Assembly (NCBI GenBank): GCA_040755995.1
Contig: JBFMAF010000008.1
Coordinates: 1 to 64,000, forward strand
Length of the DNA stretch: 64,000 bases
Direction of reading: 5' to 3'
Source of the DNA: Acidobacteriota bacterium
GTDB lineage: Bacteria > Acidobacteriota > CAIWXX01
The notes under the pieces were generated by a model, which saw nothing but the letters and a program-made list of their open reading frames with translations, was not told the DNA's origin and made no database searches. Made by a program: the position numbers and the translations under genes. This document shows positions 1-10,028 of the stretch, one piece after another. Position 1 is the first letter of the stretch; every line of letters starts with the position of its first letter.

Positions 1-34
1 AAGTCACGCACCCGCGCTTGGCTCGTTTGGCCAT
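1..34 (-). CDS. 5' end of a divergently transcribed gene running off the window (MAKRAKRGCVT...)
   Basis: Minus-strand AGGAGG (41-46) lies 6 nt before an ATG at 34, and the frame is open to the window edge. Product unknown. Confidence 0.55.
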   Translation of the reverse strand, partial: MAKRAKRGCVT

Positions 35-142
35 GAATCACCTCCTGCTCGATCGCACCTGCGCTCGTACAGGAGGATATCAGAACTCTGAGTAAATGCA
101 ACATTATATACGGAACGTTCTACTAGTAGGGCCGGGCACTCC

Positions 143-158
143 TGGCACGCTCTTTGCG
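143..158 (+). promoter_or_regulatory. Sigma-54 (-24/-12) promoter of the efflux operon
   Basis: TGGCACG-CTCT-TTGCG with GG at 144-145 and GC at 156-157 (GG-N10-GC), about 25 nt upstream of the adaptor start, with an AT-rich tract further upstream. Confidence 0.8.
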
Positions 159-181
159 TATAGCAGGTTGAGGACAATCGG

Positions 182-1432
182 ATGGGCATGGATCGACAGC
201 TAGAGAAGAAGAAGTGGCCACCGCTGCGGATCGCGCGGTGGGGAGGATCCGGGATGTTCGCGATTGTGGTTACCTATCTGGTCCTCAGCAACACGGCCTC
301 GACATTGAACGTCCAGGGCGAGCGGCTCACGATATTCAGTGTGAAGGATGGCCCGTTCCAGGAGTTCATCCCGATCATCGGCACCGTCCAACCGATCAAG
401 ACCGTCTATCTGGACCCGGTGGAAGGGGGTCGCGTCGAGAAGCTGTTCCTGGAGGCCGGGGCGATGGTGAAGGAGGGCGACCCGATACTGCTGCTCTCGA
501 ACACGGCGCTTCTACTCGACATCATGTACCGCGAGGCCGAGCTTTATCAACAGAGCAATAACCTGCGGACGACACGGCTCGCGCTGGAACAGAACCGTCT
601 GGCCTTGACGCGCGACCAGGAGCAGGCGGACTACGAGTTCGAGAGGGCGCAACGCAGGTTCCAACGGCAGAAGGAGCTCCACGAGAAGGGCATCATATCG
701 ACCCAGGACTTCGAGGATAGCCAGAAGGAGTACGAGTACATGAGCCGCCGCAGGGAACTCGCCGTGGAAAGCCGCGAGCAGGACCTGCGGTTCCGCGAGA
801 CGCAGGTGCTGGAGCTGGAGCAGTCTTTGAGGCGCATGGAGGCGAATCTGGCGGTGGCCAAGCAGAAGCTGGAGAACCTGACGATCCGCGCGCCCGTGAC
901 CGGACAGTTGACGAGCCTGAAGGCGGAGGTCGGGCAGTCGATGTCGCCCGGCGAGCGGCTCGGGCAGATCGACATCCTGGACGGCTTCAAGGTGCGCGCA
1001 CCGATCGACGAGCACTATATCGACCGGGTCGAGGTCGGCAAGGTGGGCGATTTCGAGCTCAGCGGGCAGACATACAGGCTGGTGGTCAAGGTGGTGTTCC
1101 CGGAGGTCCGTGAAGGAAGGTTCGAAGTCGACATGGAGTTCAGCGGCACGGAGCCCGAAGGGATACGCCGAGGCCAGAGCCTGCACATCAGGCTGGCGCT
1201 GAGCGACACGACGCGTGCAATCCTGCTCCAGCGAGGCGGCTTCTACCAGAAGACCGGCGGTAACTGGGTGTACGTGCTGGACAGCGACAAGGAAGCCGTC
1301 AAACGAGGCATCCGCCTGGGCAGACAGAACAGCGATTTCTTCGAGGTGCTGGAAGGGCTCAAGCCGGGCGATCGCGTCATCACGTCCAGCTATGACAGCT
1401 TCGGCGACATGGAACGACTCGTGATCCAATAG
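182..1432 (+). CDS. Efflux periplasmic adaptor (HlyD/MacA-like membrane fusion protein)
   Basis: N-terminal TM segment, lipoyl-like halves (GGRVEKLFLEAGAMVKEGDPIL; IRAPVTGQL), long coiled coil, and C-terminal EVLEGLKPGDRVI. Confidence 0.92.
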   Translation: MGMDRQLEKKKWPPLRIARWGGSGMFAIVVTYLVLSNTASTLNVQGERLTIFSVKDGPFQEFIPIIGTVQPIKTVYLDPVEGGRVEKLFLEAGAMVKEGDPILLLSNTALLLDIMYREAELYQQSNNLRTTRLALEQNRLALTRDQEQADYEFERAQRRFQRQKELHEKGIISTQDFEDSQKEYEYMSRRRELAVESREQDLRFRETQVLELEQSLRRMEANLAVAKQKLENLTIRAPVTGQLTSLKAEVGQSMSPGERLGQIDILDGFKVRAPIDEHYIDRVEVGKVGDFELSGQTYRLVVKVVFPEVREGRFEVDMEFSGTEPEGIRRGQSLHIRLALSDTTRAILLQRGGFYQKTGGNWVYVLDSDKEAVKRGIRLGRQNSDFFEVLEGLKPGDRVITSSYDSFGDMERLVIQ

Positions 1433-1455
1433 ACGTTCGTGAGGAGGCGGCAGAG

Positions 1456-2145
1456 ATGATCGAAACCAGAGACATGAGGAAGATCTACACGACGGAGGAG
1501 GTCGAGACCACGGCATTGAGCAACGTGAACCTCGGCGTCCGCGACAAGGAGTTCGTGGCCATCATGGGCCCATCCGGGTGCGGAAAGTCGACCCTGCTCA
1601 ACATCCTGGGGCTGCTCGACAACCCGTCCGACGGCGAGTACCGGTTCATGGGGACGGAGGTGTCGAAGATGAAGGAGCGGCAGCGGGCCAACCTGCGCAA
1701 GTCCAACATCGGGTTCGTCTTCCAGAGCTTCAATCTGATCGACGAGCTGACGGTGTATGAGAACATCGAGCTGCCGCTGCTCTACCTGAAGTACTCCGGC
1801 ACCGAACGCAAGAAGCGGGTCAACGAGATCATGGACCGCATGCAGCTGGTCCCGCGGAAGAACCACTTCCCGCAGCAGCTGTCGGGAGGCCAGCAGCAGC
1901 GCGTGGCCGTGGCCCGGGCCCTCGTGGCCAAACCGAAACTCATCCTGGCGGATGAGCCCACCGGCAACCTCGACTCGGCCAACGGCGAGGAGGTCATGAA
2001 CCTGCTCACGCAGCTCCACGAAGAGGGCACAACCATCGTCATGGTCACGCACTCACCCGCCTACTCCGAGTACTGCCAGCGCGTCATCCACCTGTTTGAC
2101 GGGCATATCGTGACAGAGAACATCCGCGAGGAGTTCAGGCTGTAG
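1456..2145 (+). CDS. ABC transporter ATP-binding protein (MacB/LolD-type NBD)
   Basis: Walker A GPSGCGKS, signature [13 protein letters not shown], Walker [13 protein letters not shown]-loop VTH. Confidence 0.96.
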   Translation: MIETRDMRKIYTTEEVETTALSNVNLGVRDKEFVAIMGPSGCGKSTLLNILGLLDNPSDGEYRFMGTEVSKMKERQRANLRKSNIGFVFQSFNLIDELTVYENIELPLLYLKYSGTERKKRVNEIMDRMQLVPRKNHFPQQLSGGQQQRVAVARALVAKPKLILADEPTGNLDSANGEEVMNLLTQLHEEGTTIVMVTHSPAYSEYCQRVIHLFDGHIVTENIREEFRL

Positions 2146-2180
2146 GCGCGACGCGGTCTCGCGCGAGACGAGGAGGCAGG

Positions 2181-4589
2181 ATGCTGAGGAACTACTTGAC
2201 CGTCGCGCTGAGGCAGACGGCCCGCCACAAGGCTTACTCGTTCATCAACCTGTTCGGGCTGTCTATAGGTCTGGCCTGCACGCTGTTGATCCTCCTCTGG
2301 GTGAAGGATGAGCTGAGCTACGACCGTTTCCACTCCAATGCGGGATCGCTGTTCCGTGTCGAGCAGGATCAGACGGGCCCGCAGGGCACCTTCCATGTAA
2401 ACGCCACGCCGTACCCAATGGGCCCCGGGCTCAAGGACGAGATCCCGGAAATCCAGGACGCGACCCGCCATGCCTTCCCGGGCGTGCTGCTCGTCCGCCA
2501 GGGGTCGAACGTCTTCTTCGAAGAGCGTGTTCGGGCCGTGGACCCCTCATTCCTGAAGATGTTCACGTTCCCATCGATCCGGGGAGACGCCCAGACCGCG
2601 CTCAATCATCCGCGATCCATCGTGCTCACAGACGAGATGGCCCGGAAGTACTTCGGCAACCAGGATCCCCTCGGCAAGACCCTCACGGTCAACAACGACT
2701 ACCCGTTCTCGGTCACCGGCGTCGTGGCGAAAGTCCCGGCCAACTCGACCGTGCGATTCGACATGCTGGTGCCGCTCGACTTCATCAAGGAACTGGGCCT
2801 CTACAACGACTCCTGGGGCGACAACGAGATCTTCACCTGGGTGCAACTCCAGCCTGAGAGTCGGGTGGCCCTTGTGAACGAGAAGATCACACGGCTGAGG
2901 AGAGACCGACAGCAGCAGGAGTTCGCGGGCGATGCCGAGACCCTGGAGGCGATACGGAAGAGGGCGGGTCCTCAGTTCATGCTGAGGCCTCTCACCGACA
3001 TCCATCTGTACTCCGTTTTCGGATTCGGCCGGCGCACGGGCACGGTGCAGTACGTCTACATCTTCTCCGCGATTGCGGTGTTTGTTCTCCTGATCGCTTG
3101 CATGAACTTCATGAATCTGGCCACGGCGCGTGCGGCGAACCGTGCCAAGGAGGTCGGGCTTCGCAAGACCCTGGGCGCCTTTCGTGCGGATATCGCAAGA
3201 CAGTTCCTCGGCGAATCGATGGTCACGACGCTGCTGGCGGCCGGCATCTCGATGGTCTTCGCGGCACTTCTCCTCCCAACCTTCAATAGACTGTCGGGGA
3301 AAGAGTTGACTGCCAGTGCGCTCCTGACGTGGGACTACCTCCTGGGAGTCCTCGCCGTGGCGGTCGTCGCCGGGACCGTCTCGGGCAGCTACCCGGCAGC
3401 GCTCCTTTCCGCCTTCCAACCTGTTCGAGTGCTCAGAGGCGGGCCGGCCGCCGGGCAGCGAGGGGCCCTCTTCCGCAAAAGCCTCGTGGTGCTGCAGTTC
3501 AGCCTGTCGGTTCTGCTGCTGGTCGGGACCGGTGTCGCCTATCGCCAATTTAACTACATGCGTAGCAAATCGCTGGGGTACGACAAGGAGCATCTGATCT
3601 ACGTGCCGTTGCGGGGCGATGCGCCCAAGGCCTATCTGGCCTTCAAGGAGGAGCTCCTGCGAGATCCGAGAGTGCTCGGAGTGACCGGGACATACCAGGA
3701 ACCCACCTATATGAGCAGCAACTCGTGGGGGGTCGATTGGGACGGGAAAGACCCGAACCAGCGGGTGCTCATCGGATCCGCCTTCGTCGATTTCGACTAC
3801 ACGGAAACGATGGGAATCGAGATGGTGGCGGGCCGGCCGTTGTCGAGGACATTTGCAGTGGATAACGGAGAATCATTCCTGGTCAACGAGGAAGTGCCGA
3901 AGCTGATGGGGCTCGACGCGGCGGCCGCCGTCGGCAAGCGGTTCTCGTTCCAGGGTGTGGATGGAACGATCGTCGGGGTGATGAAGAACTACCACTACCA
4001 GCCTCTGCAATATGCCATCGAGCCGCTGGCCGTTCTCGTGGCCCCGGAGGCCCTGCAGTTCGCAGTCGTGAAGCTGCGACCAGGCGACATCCCCGGGGCG
4101 CTCGCCTATGTCCGGTCGACCTGGGAAAAGGTCGTTCCGTCGTATCCCTACGAACAGGTGTTCTTCGATCAGGACTTCGGGCAGATGTACGCCTCGGACG
4201 AGCGCCTCGCGACAATTCTCAAGTACTTCGCAGCGATGGCCGTGGTCATCGCATGCATGGGGCTGTTCGAGTTGGCTTCGTACGCGGCCCAGCAGCGCAC
4301 CAAGGAGATCGGTGTCCGCAAGGCGTTGGGGGCGTCCGTCCCTGGAATCCTGCGCCTTCTTCTCAAGGATTTCGCCCGGTGCGTGCTGCTCGCCAACGCG
4401 ATCGCCTGGCCGGTCGCCTATGCCGCGGCGCAGATGTGGCTCCAGAGCTACGCCAATCGCACCACCGTCGGTGTCTGGACGTTCGCGGGGGCGTGTGCCC
4501 TGACCCTGGTCGTCGCCCTGATCACCGTGAGCCTTCAAGCTCTGAAGGCCGCGCGAACCAATCCCGTGGATAGTCTGCGATATGAGTGA
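2181..4589 (+). CDS. MacB/FtsX-type duplicated ABC permease, copy 1
   Basis: N-term YSFINLFGLSIG..ELSYDRFH, two RxKExGxRKxLGA motifs, C-term NPVDSLRYE; 802 aa. Confidence 0.93.
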   Translation: MLRNYLTVALRQTARHKAYSFINLFGLSIGLACTLLILLWVKDELSYDRFHSNAGSLFRVEQDQTGPQGTFHVNATPYPMGPGLKDEIPEIQDATRHAFPGVLLVRQGSNVFFEERVRAVDPSFLKMFTFPSIRGDAQTALNHPRSIVLTDEMARKYFGNQDPLGKTLTVNNDYPFSVTGVVAKVPANSTVRFDMLVPLDFIKELGLYNDSWGDNEIFTWVQLQPESRVALVNEKITRLRRDRQQQEFAGDAETLEAIRKRAGPQFMLRPLTDIHLYSVFGFGRRTGTVQYVYIFSAIAVFVLLIACMNFMNLATARAANRAKEVGLRKTLGAFRADIARQFLGESMVTTLLAAGISMVFAALLLPTFNRLSGKELTASALLTWDYLLGVLAVAVVAGTVSGSYPAALLSAFQPVRVLRGGPAAGQRGALFRKSLVVLQFSLSVLLLVGTGVAYRQFNYMRSKSLGYDKEHLIYVPLRGDAPKAYLAFKEELLRDPRVLGVTGTYQEPTYMSSNSWGVDWDGKDPNQRVLIGSAFVDFDYTETMGIEMVAGRPLSRTFAVDNGESFLVNEEVPKLMGLDAAAAVGKRFSFQGVDGTIVGVMKNYHYQPLQYAIEPLAVLVAPEALQFAVVKLRPGDIPGALAYVRSTWEKVVPSYPYEQVFFDQDFGQMYASDERLATILKYFAAMAVVIACMGLFELASYAAQQRTKEIGVRKALGASVPGILRLLLKDFARCVLLANAIAWPVAYAAAQMWLQSYANRTTVGVWTFAGACALTLVVALITVSLQALKAARTNPVDSLRYE

Positions 4590-4612
4590 GGGAGCCGGGG
4601 GAGGAGGTTCAT

Positions 4613-4915
4613 ATGAGAGAAGTCGTTCTTCAGATTCCGACGCTCGAGGCCGAGCAGAACGTGGACATCGAGGTCAAGATCAACGGCCGCAAGAGGACGC
4701 TCATGTACCGGGTGGAGATCATATCGTGGAGGGACTACTCGGAGGAGCGGGAGGATCGGGTCGAGGTCATCCGGCGCGTCATTCGGGAACACGACCCGGA
4801 CTGGCAGCTGGTCCAGATCGGCATCCCCTCAGAGAAGAGTATTCCCATCATGTTCCGCCGCAAGAGGGTGGATGAAGCTGCGGCCGAGGAGAAGGCCGGG
4901 GTTTGCTGTACGTAA
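4613..4915 (+). CDS. Small hypothetical protein inside the permease array
   Basis: GGAGG RBS before ATG 4613 (MREVVLQIPTLEAEQNVDIEVKINGRKR...); operon-like spacing. Confidence 0.75.
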   Translation: MREVVLQIPTLEAEQNVDIEVKINGRKRTLMYRVEIISWRDYSEEREDRVEVIRRVIREHDPDWQLVQIGIPSEKSIPIMFRRKRVDEAAAEEKAGVCCT

Positions 4916-4925
4916 GGAGGATTCC

Positions 4926-5156
4926 ATGGTACTCAAAGACATTCTCAGGAAGATCGCCGACAGCGGTGAGCCGGTCTTGCTGAAGGACGGCAGGGGGGAG
5001 TGGCAGGCGGGGGACTTGCTCGAACAGCTTTCCGATGCGCGCCTGCGCACTTCGGCCTACATGCAGCCGGGACTCTACATCGCCGAAATCAACGAGTCGG
5101 GGTATCTCGGCCGTGTCCTCTACCGGTTCGGGGCGAAGTCCGAAACCCCGCACTGA
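4926..5156 (+). CDS. Small hypothetical protein inside the permease array
   Basis: AAGGAGG RBS before ATG 4926 (MVLKDILRKIADSGEPVLL...). Confidence 0.75.
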   Translation: MVLKDILRKIADSGEPVLLKDGRGEWQAGDLLEQLSDARLRTSAYMQPGLYIAEINESGYLGRVLYRFGAKSETPH

Positions 5157-5251
5157 CGAGGGCGGGCGGAGTTGCAGCGCGCTGCACAGGGGCTGCGCGC
5201 GGGCTGCAGGGCTTGGCGATTCGGCTCGCATAGGAAGTTGAGGGGGGCATC

Positions 5252-7630
5252 ATGTGGAGGAACTACTGGACCGTCGCGTTCCGCTACCTTGTTCGACACA
5301 AGGGATGCGCAGTGCTCAACATCGTGGGGCTGTCGGTCGGCATTGCCTGCTCGACGTTGATTCTTCTCTGGGTCCAGGATGAGCGTGCCTTCGACCGATT
5401 CCATAGGAACCTCGATCGCATCCACCTGGTCGCCACGGTGCATCAGTATGGGAATGAAACCGGGATGAGCCCCGGTTGTCCGCCGGCTGTGGCGAAGGCG
5501 CTTCGGGAGGAGTATCCCGAGATCGTCAACTCCACGCGCTACACGCCCCCATGGGGCGAAGCGCTGATCCGATACAAGGACAGGGCATTCACCGAGAAGG
5601 TGGGGCATGCCGACGCACAGCTCTTCCAGATCTTCACGTACCCCTTCGTCGAAGGGAGCGCGCTGACGCCGTACCGGTCGACACACTCCATCGTGATGAC
5701 CAAACGCATGGCCCGGAAGTACTTTGGGGACGAGCCCGCCCTGGGCAAGGTCGTCACGATCGACAACCAGAACGACTACACGGTCACTGGTGTGGTCGAA
5801 GATGTGCCCACGAATTCCACGCTACAGTTCGACTTCTTGATGCCGATGGAGCGACTGCGGGAGGTGACACGACCCAACTACATCGATACCTGGTATAACT
5901 GTGCGTTCCGCACTTTCGTGCAGCTGCGCGAAGGTGCCGATGGCTCGCGCGTGAGCGAGAAGATCGCCGGACGGGTGAAGGAGTCGGACAAGGAATCGAT
6001 CATCACTCTGTTCCTCGCGCCGTTCAAGGACCTCCACCTTCATGGCATCTCCGGCCGGCACGGGAATGCCCAGCGGGTGTGGGCTTTCAGCATCATCGCC
6101 GTCCTGATTCTGCTGATCGCCTGCGTCAACTTCATGAACCTTGCCACGGCCCGGTCGGCCAGTCGCGCCAGGGAGGTCGCCCTGCGCAAGGCTGTCGGGG
6201 CGGGGAAACGGGACCTCGTCTTCCAGTTCTACGGTGAGGCGTTTCTCACCACCCTCGCCAGCCTGTTCATTGCCATCGTGCTGGTGAGCCTGTTGCTCCC
6301 GTCCTTCAACTCCCTCGCAGACAAGACGCTGAGCCTCCTTGGAACCGACCACACAACGGCTCTACTCGGAATCTGCGCGGTGGCCGTCCTTGCCGGTCTC
6401 ATCTCCGGAAGCTATCCGGCGCTCCTGCTTTCCTCATACCGGCCGGCGGCGGCGTTGCGGGGCACGTTGAAGTCCGGGGCCAGGGGATCGACGCTCAGAA
6501 GGGTCCTGGTGGTCGGGCAGTTCTCCATCTCCATTGCCCTGATCACCTGCACGATCGTAGTGTTCAGCCAGCTTCAGTTCATCGAGAAGCGGGACCTGGG
6601 TCTGGAGAAGGACCAGATCGTCTACGTCGCGCTGAATGGCAACCTCTTGACCGACTACGACATCGCGAAGCGGGAGCTGATGAGGCACCCTGACATACTG
6701 GGCGCGGCCGTGTCATCACATCTCCCCACCGGAATTTATAGCAATGGATCCGGTTGGTGCTGGGAGGGGAAGAGTCCGGAAGTAGATCCGTTCGTCACCA
6801 ACCTGGCGGCAGATGCCGACTTCCTGAAGACCTACCAGATTCAGATGGCTGATGGTGAGTACTTCCGGCCGGATCTTCCGCCCGACGCACCGCAGGTCGT
6901 GCTGAACGAGCGGTTCGCCAGGGAGCTCAGTAGCCGATCCGTCGTCGGTAGGACGTTATGGATTCGGGACGACGACGACAAGAACAAGATTCACACATTC
7001 ACCATCATCGGGGTGGTGAAGGACTTTCACTTCAAACCACTCTCGACTGAGATCGAGCCACTGATCATGTTCCCCTCGAATTCCATGGAGAAGTTCCGGT
7101 ACCTCTCGGTGCGGATCCGGCCCGAGGGAATGCGAGCGGCGCTCGACCACATGGGCAAGACCCTCACCTCGCTCAACTCCGGCTTCCCTTTCGAATACCG
7201 CTTCCTGGATGAGGACTACGGGGGCCTGTACGAGTCCGAACAGAAGCTGGGGAGGATCTTCAACTCCTTTGCCATACTGGCGGTCTTCATCTCGTGCCTC
7301 GGCCTCTTCGGGCTGGCATCGTTCATGACCGAGCAGAGGACCAAGGAGGTCGGGATCAGGAAGACCCTCGGGGCGTCTGTTTCCAGCGTCGTGTCGCTGT
7401 TCTCCTGGGACTTCGTCAAGTGGGTGATCGCGGCGAACATCATTGCCTGGCCTGTCGCCTACGTCTACATGAACGAGTGGCTGAAGACCTTTGCTTATCG
7501 GGTCGAGATGAACGTCTGGATCTTCGCGTCCGCGGGCACGATTGCGCTGCTGGTCGCGGTTCTCACCGTAAGCGCACACACCATCCGCGCTGCCCGCGCC
7601 AATCCGGCGGCGGCGCTGCGGCACGAGTGA
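5252..7630 (+). CDS. MacB/FtsX-type duplicated ABC permease, copy 2
   Basis: Same architecture: IACVNFMNLATARS, RTKEVGIRKTLGA, NPAAALRHE. Confidence 0.93.
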   Translation: MWRNYWTVAFRYLVRHKGCAVLNIVGLSVGIACSTLILLWVQDERAFDRFHRNLDRIHLVATVHQYGNETGMSPGCPPAVAKALREEYPEIVNSTRYTPPWGEALIRYKDRAFTEKVGHADAQLFQIFTYPFVEGSALTPYRSTHSIVMTKRMARKYFGDEPALGKVVTIDNQNDYTVTGVVEDVPTNSTLQFDFLMPMERLREVTRPNYIDTWYNCAFRTFVQLREGADGSRVSEKIAGRVKESDKESIITLFLAPFKDLHLHGISGRHGNAQRVWAFSIIAVLILLIACVNFMNLATARSASRAREVALRKAVGAGKRDLVFQFYGEAFLTTLASLFIAIVLVSLLLPSFNSLADKTLSLLGTDHTTALLGICAVAVLAGLISGSYPALLLSSYRPAAALRGTLKSGARGSTLRRVLVVGQFSISIALITCTIVVFSQLQFIEKRDLGLEKDQIVYVALNGNLLTDYDIAKRELMRHPDILGAAVSSHLPTGIYSNGSGWCWEGKSPEVDPFVTNLAADADFLKTYQIQMADGEYFRPDLPPDAPQVVLNERFARELSSRSVVGRTLWIRDDDDKNKIHTFTIIGVVKDFHFKPLSTEIEPLIMFPSNSMEKFRYLSVRIRPEGMRAALDHMGKTLTSLNSGFPFEYRFLDEDYGGLYESEQKLGRIFNSFAILAVFISCLGLFGLASFMTEQRTKEVGIRKTLGASVSSVVSLFSWDFVKWVIAANIIAWPVAYVYMNEWLKTFAYRVEMNVWIFASAGTIALLVAVLTVSAHTIRAARANPAAALRHE

Positions 7631-7643
7631 TAGGAGCCGAAGA

Positions 7644-9965
7644 ATGCTGAAGAGCCATCTCAGGATTGCATGGCGGGGCATCATCCGTCACAAGGGCTAC
7701 TCCTTGATCAACATCGTGGGACTCGCCGTCGGGATGGCCGTCTGCATCCTGATCCTGCTGTGGGTGGAGGACGAGATCTCGTTCGACCGCTTCCACACCG
7801 ATGCCGATCGGATCTACCGGGTCGTGTCCGAGAACGAAGGCGAGTGGTGGTTGAGCAGTCCCTGGGCCATCGGTGGTGTCCTGAAGAAGGACTTCCCGGA
7901 GATTCTGAAGACATCGCGGTACACGGCGCGAAGTGCTCTCGTCAGCTACCGGGACAGCAATTCCTACGAATCGGTCGCCCTGGTCGATCCGGACTTCCTC
8001 TCTATCTTCACATTCCCACTGGTGCGCGGCGATCCGCGAACCGTACTCGAGGCCGCGCAGTCGGCGGTGCTTACGGAGAAGACGGCGAGACAGTATTTCC
8101 GCAATGAAGACCCGATCGGGAAATCCATCAGGCTGAACAGGGAGCACGACATGATCGTGACGGGGATCATCAAGGACGTGCCCGGGAATTCGTCGTTGAG
8201 CTTCGACGTTCTGGCGCCGGTGCAGATGCTGCCCAAGGACGTGCTGGACTCGTGGGCGGTGGAGTGCGAGACCTATGTCCTCCTGGACAAGAACGCGTCC
8301 CTGCCCAACCTGAGGACGAAGATGGCCGGCACGACCGTCAAGTACGACAAGCGCACCGAGGTCAAGGTCGTCAACGATCTGGAACCGTTGCGCCGTATCC
8401 ACCTTTACTCGCTCAACGGTACGGGCGCCGTGGTGTACGTGTACATCTTCTCGGCCATCGCCCTGCTGGTCCTCGTTCTCGCCTGCGCCAACTTCATCAA
8501 CCTCACCACGGCGCGGTCGGGGAAACGCGCCAAGGAGATCGGCATCAAGAAGGTTGTCGGGGCCACGCGCGCCGCGCTGATCAGGCAGTTTTTGGTGGAA
8601 GCGATGGTCCATACGGTTCTCGCCTTCGTTCTTGCCCTTCTGCTCGTCTTGTTGTTCCTCCCGTCATTCAACAACCTGGCGGGCAAGAACATCTCCTGGA
8701 GCATCTTCCGGGATGCGCGGCTACTGACGGCGATGCTTGGCGTCGCGCTGCTCACCGGGCTGCTCGCCGGGGGCTACCCCGCGCTCGTACTCTCGATGCT
8801 AAAGCCGATAAGGACCCTCCGCCAAGTCTCGGCCACCGCGTCCCACCGCTCTCTCCTCCGCCGAATGCTCGTCGCATTCCAGTTTACCGTGGCGATCACG
8901 CTCACCATTGGCGCGATGGTCATCCACAGGCAGCTCGACTACATTCGCAACAAGGACCTCGGCTTCGACAGGTTACAGATTGTCACACTCGAGATGAATC
9001 CCGATCTCCTCAAGGGCTACGAGTCGCTCAAGAATGAGCTCAAGCAGCACGCCAACGTGCTCAACGTGACCTCGGCGAACAACCTGCCCACCGGCGTCGG
9101 CAACATCAACCCGGTGTACTGGGAAGGACGCGGGCCTGAGCAGTATGTGATCATGAATTTCGATGCCGTCGACCATGACTACATCGATACGTTCGGCATG
9201 AAGATCGCAGCGGGTCGGGACTTCTCCGAGGATCTCGAGACAGACAGGCGGAACTACATCGTCAACGAGGCCGCCGTCCGGTTCATGAAGCTCCAGGATC
9301 CGGTGGGGAAGCTCTTTTCAATCTGGGAGAACGAGGGCCGCATCGTGGGTGTCGTCAAGGACTTCCACTCGACCTCTCTGCACGACGAGATCCGGCCTCT
9401 CGTGCTGACGCTGAACCAGGAGTGGCAGCCGGCCTACGTGTTCGTAAAGATCCGGGCCGCAGACGTACGGCGGACCCTCGAGTTCATGGAGAGCGTCTGG
9501 AAGAGATTCGCGAAGAACTATCCCTTCGAATACCAGTTTCTGGACGACAAGTTTGCAGCGCAGTACAGCTCCGAGGAGCGAATGGGACAGCTCTCGAACT
9601 ACTTCTCGGCCCTGGCGATCCTGATCTCCTGCTTCGGACTCGTGGGCCTCTCCTCGTTCATGGCCGCGGAGCGCACGAAGGAGATCGGTGTCAGAAGAGC
9701 GCTCGGCGCCACGGCGTCCAGCATCGTGGGCCTTCTTTCCAGAGAGTTCATGCTGCTGGTGCTGGCCGCCAGTGCTATTTCCTGGCCTGTGGCCTTCTGG
9801 GCCGCGAGCAGATGGCTGCGGGAATTCGCCTACCACACTGACATCGGGCTGCAGGCGTTTCTCGTCTCCTCTGCGCTGGTGGTCGGCACTGCCCTGTTGA
9901 CGCTGAGCTACCAGACCATCCGCGCCGCGCGCGCCAACCCGGTGGAGAGCCTGCGGTATGAGTAG
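7644..9965 (+). CDS. MacB/FtsX-type duplicated ABC permease, copy 3
   Basis: YSLINIVGLAVG, RAKEIGIKKVVGA, NPVESLRYE. Confidence 0.93.
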   Translation: MLKSHLRIAWRGIIRHKGYSLINIVGLAVGMAVCILILLWVEDEISFDRFHTDADRIYRVVSENEGEWWLSSPWAIGGVLKKDFPEILKTSRYTARSALVSYRDSNSYESVALVDPDFLSIFTFPLVRGDPRTVLEAAQSAVLTEKTARQYFRNEDPIGKSIRLNREHDMIVTGIIKDVPGNSSLSFDVLAPVQMLPKDVLDSWAVECETYVLLDKNASLPNLRTKMAGTTVKYDKRTEVKVVNDLEPLRRIHLYSLNGTGAVVYVYIFSAIALLVLVLACANFINLTTARSGKRAKEIGIKKVVGATRAALIRQFLVEAMVHTVLAFVLALLLVLLFLPSFNNLAGKNISWSIFRDARLLTAMLGVALLTGLLAGGYPALVLSMLKPIRTLRQVSATASHRSLLRRMLVAFQFTVAITLTIGAMVIHRQLDYIRNKDLGFDRLQIVTLEMNPDLLKGYESLKNELKQHANVLNVTSANNLPTGVGNINPVYWEGRGPEQYVIMNFDAVDHDYIDTFGMKIAAGRDFSEDLETDRRNYIVNEAAVRFMKLQDPVGKLFSIWENEGRIVGVVKDFHSTSLHDEIRPLVLTLNQEWQPAYVFVKIRAADVRRTLEFMESVWKRFAKNYPFEYQFLDDKFAAQYSSEERMGQLSNYFSALAILISCFGLVGLSSFMAAERTKEIGVRRALGATASSIVGLLSREFMLLVLAASAISWPVAFWAASRWLREFAYHTDIGLQAFLVSSALVVGTALLTLSYQTIRAARANPVESLRYE

Positions 9966-10028
9966 CTCCGCCGTGAGCTCACGTCGCGGTGCGTTCCATC
10001 CGCGCCCCCGAACTTCAGGAGTTGTCCC

